64,000 bases of DNA, from the NCBI GenBank assembly GCA_964016885.1, contig CAXHJY010001110.1, positions 1 to 64,000 of the forward strand. The letters run 5' to 3'. Below the pieces are notes generated by a model. The model was given only the letters and a program-made list of their open reading frames with translations, made no database searches and was not told where the DNA came from. Of this stretch, positions 53,601-64,000 are shown piece after piece. The DNA comes from Eledone cirrhosa. Taxonomy: Eukaryota. Numbering within the stretch: the stretch's first letter is position 1; the number at the start of each line of letters is the position of its first letter. A program made the translations under genes and the position numbers.

Positions 53601-56600
53601 ATCCAATATCGGACCTGCCAACCTCTGGTATAATACATTAGACACTATCATCCAATATCGGACCTGCCAACCTCTGGTGTAATACATTAGACACTATCAT
53701 CCAATATCGGACTTGCCAACCTCTGGTGTAATACATTAGACACGATCATCCAATATCGGACCTGCCAACCTCTGGTATACTACATTAGACACTATCATCC
53801 AATATCGGACTTGCCAACCTCTGGTGTAATACATTAGACACTATCATCCAATATCGGACCTGCCAACCTCTGGTATAATACATTAGACACTATCATCCAA
53901 TATCGGACTTGCCAACCTCTGGTGTAATACATTAGACACTATCATCCAATATCGGACCTGCCAACCTCTGGTATACTACATTAGACACTATCATCCAATA
54001 TCGGACCTGCCAACCTCTGGTGTAATACATTAGACACTATCATCCAATATCGGACCTGCCAACCTCTGGTGTAATACATTAGACACTATCATCCAATATC
54101 GGACCTGCCAACCTCTGGTATACTACATTAGACACTATCATCCAATATCGTACCTGCCAACCTCTGGTATACTACATTAGACACTATCATCCAATATCGG
54201 ACCTGCAACCTCTGGTGTAATACATTAGACACTATCATCCAATATCGGACCTGCCAACCTCTGGTATACTACATTAGACACTATCATCCAATATCGGACC
54301 TGCCAACCTCTGGTGTAATACATTAGACACTATCATCCAATATCGGACCTGCCAACCGCTGGTATACTACATTAGACACTATCATCCAATATCGGACCTG
54401 CCAACCTCTGGTGTAATACATTAGACACTATCATCCAATATCGGACCTGCCAACCTCTGGTGTAATACATTAGACACTATCATCCAATATCGGACTTGCC
54501 AACCTCTGGTGTAATACATTAGACACTATCATCCAATATCGGACCTGCCAACCTCTGGTATACTACATTAGACACTATCATCCAATATCGGACCTGCCAA
54601 GCTCTGGTGTAATACATTAGACACTATCATCCAATATCGGACCTGCCAACCTCTGGTATAATACATTAGACACTATCATCCAATATCGGACCTGCCAACC
54701 TCTGGTGTAATACATTAGACACTATCATCCAATATCGGACTTGCCAACCTCTGGTATACTACATTAGACACTATCATCCAATATCGGACTTGCCAACCTC
54801 TGGTGTAATACATTAGACACTATCATCCAATATCGGACCTGCCAACCTCTGGTATAATACATTAGACACTATCATCCAATATCGGACTTGCCAACCTCTG
54901 GTGTAATACATTAGACACTATCATCCAATATCGGACCTGCCAACCTCTGGTATACTACATTAGACACTATCATCCAATATCGGACCTGCCAACCTCTGGT
55001 GTAATACATTAGACACTATCATCCAATATCGGACCTGCCAACCTCTGGTGTAATACATTAGACACTATCATCCAATATCGGACCTGCCAACCTCTGGTAT
55101 ACTACATTAGACACTATCATCCAATATCGGACCTGCCAACCTCTGGTATACTACATTAGACACTATCATCCAATATCGTACCTGCCAACCTCTGGTATAC
55201 TACATTAGACACTATCATCCAATATCGGACCTGCAACCTCTGGTGTAATACATTAGACACTATCATCCAATATCGGACCTGCCAACCTCTGGTATACTAC
55301 ATTAGACACTATCATCCAATATCGGACCTGCCAACCTCTGGTGTAAGACATTAGACACTATCATCCAATATCGGACCTGCCAACCGCTGGTATACTACAT
55401 TAGACACTATCATCCAATATCGGACCTGCCAACCTCTGGTATACTACATTAGACACTATCATCCAATATCGGACCTGCCAACCTCTGGTATACTACATTA
55501 GACACTATCATCCAATATCGGACCTGCCAACCTCTGGTATACTACATTAGACACTATCATCCAATATCGGACCTGCCAACCTCTGGTGTAATACATTAGA
55601 CACTATCATCCAATATCGGACCTGCCAACCTCTGGTGTAATACATTAGACACTATCATCCAATATCGGACCTGGCAACCTCTGGTGTAATACATTAGACA
55701 CTATCATCCAATATCGGACCTGCCAACGTCTGGTATACTACATTAGACACTATCATCCAATATCGGACCTGCCAACCTCTGGTATACTACAATAGACACT
55801 ATCATCCAATATCGGACCTGCCAACCTCTGGTATACTACATTAGACACTATCATCCAATATCGGACCTGCCAACCTCTGGTATACTACATTAGACACTAT
55901 CATCCAATATCGGACCTGCCAACCTCTGGTATACTACATTAGACACTATCATCCAATATCGGACCTGCCAACCTCTGGTGTAATACATTAGACACTATCA
56001 TCCAATATCGGACCTGCCAACCTCTGGTATACTACATTAGACACTATCATCCAATATCGGACCTGCCAACCTCTGGTGTAATACATTAGACACTATCATC
56101 CAATATCGGACCTGCCAACCTCTGGTATACTACATTAGACACTATCATCCAATATCGGACCTGCCAACCTCTGGTATACTACATTAGACACTATCATCCA
56201 ATATCGGACCTGCCAACCTCTGGAATACTACACTAGACACTATCATGCAATATCGGACCTGCCAACCTCTGGTGTAATACATTAGACGCTATAATCCAAT
56301 ATCGGACCTGCCAACCTCTGGTATACTACATTAGACACTATCATCCAATATCGGACCTGCCAACCTCTGGTATACTACATTAGACACTATCATCCAATAT
56401 CGGACCTGCCAACCTCTGGTATACTACATTAGACACTATCATCCAATATCGGACCTGCCAACCTCTGGTATAATACATTAGACACTATCATCCAATATCG
56501 GACCTGCCAACCTCTGGTATACTACATTAGACACTATCATCCAATATCGGACCTGTCAACCTCTGCTATACTACATTAGACACTATCATCCAATATCGGA

Positions 56601-59600
56601 CCTGCCAACCTCTGGTGTAATACATTAGACACTATCATCCAATATCGGACCTGCCAACCTCTGGTGTAATACATTAGACACTATCATCCAATATCGGACC
56701 TGCCAACCTCTGGTATACTACATTAGACACTATCATCCAATATCGGACCTGCCAACCTCTGGTATACTACATTAGACACTATCATCCAATATCGGACCTG
56801 CCAACCTCTGGTATACTACATTAGACACTATCATCCAATATCGGACCTGCCAACCTCTGGTATAATACATTAGACACTATCATCCAATATCGGACCTGCC
56901 AAACTCTGGTATACTACATTAGACACTATCATCCAATATCGGACCTGCCAACCTCTGGTGTAATACATTAGACACTATCATCCAATATCGGACCTGCCAA
57001 CCTCTGGTGTAATACATTAGACACTATCATCCAATATCGGACCTGTCAACCTCTGCTATACTACATTAGACACTATCATCCAATATCGGACCTGCCAACC
57101 TCTGGTATACTACATTAGACACTATCATCCAATATCGGACCTGCCAACCTCTGGTGTAATACAATAGACACTATCATCCAATATCGGACCTGCCAACCTC
57201 TGGTATACTACATTAGACACTATCATCCAATATCGGACCTGCCAACCTCTGGTGTAATACATTAGACACTATCATCCAATATCGTACCTGCCAACCTCTG
57301 GTGTAATACAATAGACACTATCATCCAATATCGGACCTGCCAACCTCTGGTATACTACATTAGACACTATCATCCAATATCGGACCTGCCAACCTCTGGT
57401 ATACTACAATAGACACTATCATCCAATATCGGACCTGCCAACCTCTGGTATACTACATTAGACACTATCATCCAATATCGGACCTGCCAACCTCTGGTAT
57501 ACTACATTAGACACTATCATCCAATATCGGACCTGCCAACCTCTGGTGAAATACATTAGACACTATCATCCAATATCGGACCTGCCACCTCTGGTATACT
57601 ACATTAGACACTATCATCCAATATCGGACCTGCCAACCTCTGGTGTAATACATTAGACACTATCATCCAATATCGGACCTGCGAACCTCTGGTGTAATAC
57701 ATTAGACACTATCATCCAATATCGGACCTGTCAACCTCTGGTATACTACATTAGACACTATCATCCAATATCGGACCTGCCAACCTCTGGTGTAATACAT
57801 TAGACACTATCATCCAATATCGGACCTGCCAACCTCTGGTATACTACATTAGACACTATCATCCAATATCGGACCTGCCAACCTCTGGTATACTACAATA
57901 GACACTATCATCCAATATCGGACCTGCCAACCTCTGGTGTAATACATTAGACACTATCATCCAATATCGGACCTGCCAACCTCTGGTGTAATACATTAGA
58001 CACTATCATCCAATATCGGACTTGCCAACCTCTGGTGTAATACATTAGACACTATCATCCAATATCGGACCTGCCAACCTCTGGTATACTACATTAGACA
58101 CTATCATCCAATATCGGACCTGCCAAGCTCTGGTGTAATACATTAGACACTATCATCCAATATCGGACCTGCCAACCTCTGGTATAATACATTAGACACT
58201 ATCATCCAATATCGGACCTGCCAACCTCTGGTGTAATACATTAGACACTATCATCCAATATCGGACTTGCCAACCTCTGGTGTAATACATTAGACACGAT
58301 CATCCAATATCGGACCTGCCAACCTCTGGTATACTACATTAGACACTATCATCCAATATCGGACTTGCCAACCTCTGGTGTAATACATTAGACACTATCA
58401 TCCAATATCGGACTTGCCAACCTCTGGTGTAATACATTAGACACTATCATCCAATATCGGACCTGCCAACCTCTGGTATACTACATTAGACACTATCATC
58501 CAATATCGGACCTGCCAACCTCTGGTGTAATACATTAGACACTATCATCCAATATCGGACCTGCCAACCTCTGGTGTAATACATTAGACACTATCATCCA
58601 ATATCGGACCTGCCAACCTCTGGTATACTACATTAGACACTATCATCCAATATCGGACCTGCCAACCTCTGGTATACTACATTAGACACTATCATCCAAT
58701 ATCGGACCTGCCAACCTCTGGTGTAATACATTAGACACTATCATCCAATATCGGACCTGCCAACCTCTGGTGTAATACATTAGACACTATCATCCAATAT
58801 CGGACCTGCCAACCTCTGGTATACTACATTAGACACTATCATCCAATATCGGACCTGTCAACCTCTGGTGTAATACATTAGACACTATCATCCAATATCG
58901 GACCTGCCAACCTCTGGTATACTACATTAGACACTATCATCCAATATCGGACCTGCCAACCTCTGGTGTAATACATTAGACACTATCATCCAATATCGGA
59001 CCTGCCAACCTCTGGTGTAATACATTAGACACTATCATCCAATATCGGACCTGCCAACCTCTGGTGTAATACATGAGACACTATCATCCAATATCGGACC
59101 TGTCAACCTCTGCTATACTACATTAGACACTATCATCCAATATCGGACCTGCCAACCTCTGGTATACTACATTAGACACTATCATCCAATATCGGACCTG
59201 CCAACCTCTGGTGTAATACATTAGACACTATCATCCAATATCGGACCTGCCAACCTCTGGTGTAATACATTAGACACTATCATCCAATACCGGACCTGCC
59301 AACCTCTGGTGTAATACATTAGACACTATCATCCAATATCGTACCTGCCAACCTCTGGTATACTACATTAGACACTATCATCCAATATCGGACCTGCGAA
59401 CCTCTGGTATAATACATTAGACACTATCATCCAATATCGGACCTGCCAACCTCTGGTATACTACATTAGACACTATCATCCAATATCGGACCTGCCAACC
59501 TCTGGTATAATACATTAGACACTATCATCCAATATCGGACTTGCCAACCTCTGTTATACTACATTAGACACTATCATCCAATATCGGACCTGCCAACCTC

Positions 59601-62600
59601 TGGTGTAATACATTAGACACTATCATCCAATATCGGACCTGCCAACCTCTGGTATAATACATTAGACACTATCATCCAATATCGGACCTGCCAACCTCTG
59701 GTATACTACATTAGACACTATCATCCAATATCGGACCTGCGAACCTCTGGTATAATACATTAGACACTATCATCCAATATCGGACCTGCCAACCTCTGGT
59801 ATACTACATTAGACACTATCATCCAATATCGGACCTGCCAACCTCTGGTATAATACATTAGACACTATCATCCAATATCGGACTTGCCAACCTCTGGTAT
59901 ACTACATTAGACACTATCATCCAATATCGGACCTGCCAACCTCTGGTGTAATACATTAGACACTATCATCCAATATCGGACCTGCCAACCTCTGGTGTAA
60001 TACATTAGACACTATCATCCAATATCGGACTTGCCAACCTCTGGTGTAATACATTAGACACTATCATCCAATATCGGACCTGCCAACCTCTGGTATACTA
60101 CAATAGACACTATCATCCAATATCGGACCTGCCAACCTCTGGTATACTACATTAGACACTATCATCCAATATCGGACCTGTCAACCTCTGCTATACTACA
60201 TTAGACACTATCATCCAATATCGGACCTGCCAACCTCTGGTGTAATACATTAGACACTATCATCCAATATCGGACCTGCCAACCTCTGGTGTAATACATT
60301 AGACACTATCATCCAATATCGGACCTGCCAACCTCTGGTATACTACATTAGACACTATCATCCAATATCGGACCTGCCAACCTCTGGTATACTACATTAG
60401 ACACTATCATCCAATATCGGACCTGCCAACCTCCGGTGTAATACATTAGACACTATCATCCAATATCGGACCTGCCAACCTCTGGTGTAATACATTAGAC
60501 ACTATCATCCAATATCGGACCTGCCAACCTCTGGTATACTACATTAGACACTATCATCCAATATCGGACCTGCCAACCTCTGGTATACTACATTAGACAC
60601 TATCATCCAATATCGGACCTGCCAACCTCTGGTATACTACATTAGACACTATCATCCAATATCGTACCTGCCAACCTCTGGTGTAATACATTAGACACTA
60701 TCATCCAATATCGGACCTGCCAACCTCTGGTATACTACATTAGACACTATCATCCAATATCGGACCTGCCAACCTCTGGTGTAATACATTAGACACTATC
60801 ATCCAATATCGGACTTGCCAATCTCTGGTGTAATACATTACACACTATCATCCAATATCGGACCTGCCAACCTCTGGTGTAATACATTAGACACTATCAT
60901 CCAATATCGGACCTGCCAACCTCTGGTCTACTACATTAGACACTATCATCCAATATCGGACTTGCCAACCTCTGGTGTAATACATTAGACACTATCATCC
61001 AATATCGGACCTGCCAACCTCTGGTGTAATACATTAGACACTATCATCCAATATCGGACCTGCCAACCTCTGGTGTAATACATTAGACACTATCATCCAA
61101 TATCGGACTTGCCAATCTCTGGTGTAATACATTAGACACTATCATCCAATATCGGACCTGCCAACCTCTGGTATACTACATTAGACACTATCATCCAATA
61201 TCGGACTTGCCAACCTCTGGTGTAATACATTAGACACTATCATCCAATATCGGACCTGCCAACCTCTGGTGTAATACATTAGACACTATCATCCAATATC
61301 GGACTTGCCAACCTCTGGTGTAATACATTAGACACTATCATCCAATATCGGACTTGTCAACCTCTGGTATACTACATTAGACACTATCATCCAATATCGG
61401 ACCTGCCAACCTCTGGTGTAATACATTAGACACTATCATCCAATATCGGACCTGCCAACCTCTGGTATACTACATTAGACACTATCATCCAATATCGGAC
61501 CTGCCCACCTCTGGTATACTACGATAGACACTATCATCCAATATCGGACCTGCCAACCTCTGGTATACTACATTAGACACTATCATCCAATATCGGACCT
61601 GCCAACCTCTGGTATACTACATTAGACACTATCATCCAATATCGGACCTGCCAACCTCTGGTGTAATACATTAGACACTATCATCCAATATCGGACCTGC
61701 CAACCTCTGGTGTAATACATTAGACACTATCATCCAATATCGGACCTGCCAACCTCTGGTATACTACATTAGACACTATCATCCAATATCGGACCTGCCA
61801 ACCTCTGGTATACTACAATAGACACTATCATCCAATATCGGACCTGCCAAACTCTGGTATACTACATTAGACACTATCATCCAATATCGGACCTGCCATC
61901 CTCTGGTATACTACATTAGACACTATCATCCAATATCGGACCTGCCAACCTCTGGTGTAATACATTAGACACTATCATCCAATATCGGACCTGCCAACCT
62001 CTGGTGTAATACATTAGACACTATCATCCAATATCGGACCCGCCAACCTCTGGTGTAATACATTAGACACTATCATCCAATATCGGACCTGCCAACCTCT
62101 GGTATACTACATTAGACACTATCATCCAATATCGGACCTGCCAACCTCTGGTATACTACAATAGACACTATCATCCAATATCGGACCTGCCAACCTCTGG
62201 TATACTATATTAGACACTATCATCCAATATCGGACCTCCCAACCTCTGGTATACTATATTAGACACTATCATCCAATATCGGACCTGCCAACCTCTGGTG
62301 TAATACATTAGACACTATCATCCAATATCGGACCTGCCAACCTCTGGTATACTACATTAGACACTATCATCCAATATCGGACCTGCCAACCTCTGGTATA
62401 CTACATTAGACACTATCATCCAATATCGGACCTGCCAACCTCTGGTATACTACATTAGACACTATCATCCAATATCGGACCTGCCAACCTCTGGTGTAAT
62501 ACATTAGACACTATCATCCAATATCGGACCTGCCAACCTCTGGTATACTACATTAGACACTATCATCCAATATCGGACCTGCCAACCTCTGGTATACTAC

Positions 62601-64000
62601 ATTAGACACTATCATCCAATATCGGACCTGCCAACCTCTGGTATACTACATTAGACACTATCATCCAATATCGGACCTGCCAACCTCTGGTATACTACAT
62701 TAGACACTATCATCCAATATCGGACCTGCCAACCTCTGGTGTAATACATTAGACACTATCATCCAATATCGGACTTGCCAACCTCTGGTGTAATACATTA
62801 GACACTATCATCCAATATCGGACCTGCCAACCTCTGGTATACTACATTAGACACTATCATCCAATATCGGACCTGCCAACCTCTGGTATACTACATTAGA
62901 CACTATCATCCAATATCGGACTTGCCAACCTCTGGTGTAATACATTAGACACTATCATCCAATATCGGACCTGCCAACCTCTGGTATACTACATTAGACA
63001 CTATCATCCAATATCGGACCTGCCAACCTCTGGTGTAATACATTAGACACTATCATCCAATATCGGACCTGCCAACCTCTGGTGTAATACATTAGACACT
63101 ATCATCCAATATCGGACCTGCCAACCTCTGGTGTAATACATTAGACACTATCATCCAATATCGGACCTGCCAACCTCTGGTATACTACATTAGACACTAT
63201 CATCCAATATCGGACCTGCCAACCTCTGGTGTAATACATTAGACACTATCATCCAATATCGGACCTGCCAACCGCTGGTATACTACATTAGACACTATCA
63301 TCCAATATCGGACCTGCCAACCTCTGGTATACTACATTAGACACTATCATCCAATATCGGACCTGCCAACCTCTGGTATACTACATTAGACACTATCATC
63401 CAATATCGGACCTGCCAACCTCTGGTGTAATACATTAGACACTATCATCCAATATCGGACCTGCCAACCTCTGGTATACTACATTAGACACTATCATCCA
63501 ATATCGGACCTGCCAACCTCTGGTATACTACATTAGACACTATCATCCAATATCGGACCTGCCAACCTCTGGTATACTACATTAGACACTATCATCCAAT
63601 ATCGGACCTGCCAACCTCTGGTGTAATACATTAGACACTATCATCCAATATCGGACCTGCCAACCTCTGGTGTAATACATTAGACACTATCATCCAATAT
63701 CGGACCTGCCAACCTCTGGTGTAATACATTAGACACTATCATCCAATATCGGACCTGCCAACGTCTGGTATACTACATTAGACACTATCATCCAATATCG
63801 GACCTGCCAACCTCTGGTATACTACAATAGACACTATCATCCAATATCGGACCTGCCAACCTCTGGTATACTACATTAGACACTATCATCCAATATCGGA
63901 CCTGCCAACCTCTGGTATACTACATTAGACACTATCATCCAATATCGGACCTGCCAACCTCTGGTATACTACATTAGACACTATCATCCAATATCGGACC
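29620..64000. repeat. 49-bp satellite DNA array, about 700 units, running off the window
   Basis: Unit tacattagacactatcatccaatatcggacctgccaacctctggt(gtaa/atac); period 49 (29626 to 29675); head-to-tail with no interruptions seen. Confidence 0.99.

Noticed and set aside
29620-64000. CRISPR array
   Set aside because: Units are contiguous 49-bp repeats with no unique spacers; no cas genes; eukaryotic context.
29620-64000. Repetitive protein gene or telomeric repeat
   Set aside because: Period is not a multiple of 3, stops recur, no ORF of 60 aa or more is listed, and there is no TTAGGG-type motif.

Overview
Repeat-rich animal genomic DNA, probably a cephalopod such as octopus. That assignment is an inference from the Nin-domain tRNA SINEs, RTE LINEs with (TGA)n tails and very long (TA)n tracts. 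Bases 1-29.6 kb are a transposon mosaic: a CR1-group RT, a near full-length RTE LINE, RTE/SINE fragments, a hAT MITE with a nested Helitron, Penelope-like hammerhead remnants, a CRE relic and two inverted copies of a Helentron-like element. The mosaic surrounds an 869-aa, apparently intronless PAN-coiled-coil-2xC-type-lectin gene and its truncated, locally hyper-diverged duplicate. Two things are missed by the ORF track. One is a degenerate Fanzor/TnpB-like RuvC C-terminus followed by a hairpin-rich ~400-nt omegaRNA candidate, present upstream of both lectin copies. The other is a 3-exon SGNH hydrolase gene with 55- and 57-bp introns inside the Helentron-like element. Bases 29.6-64 kb are an uninterrupted 49-bp satellite array (~700 units) with two dominant variants and kb-scale higher-order duplications. 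All calls come from manual reading; no searches were run.
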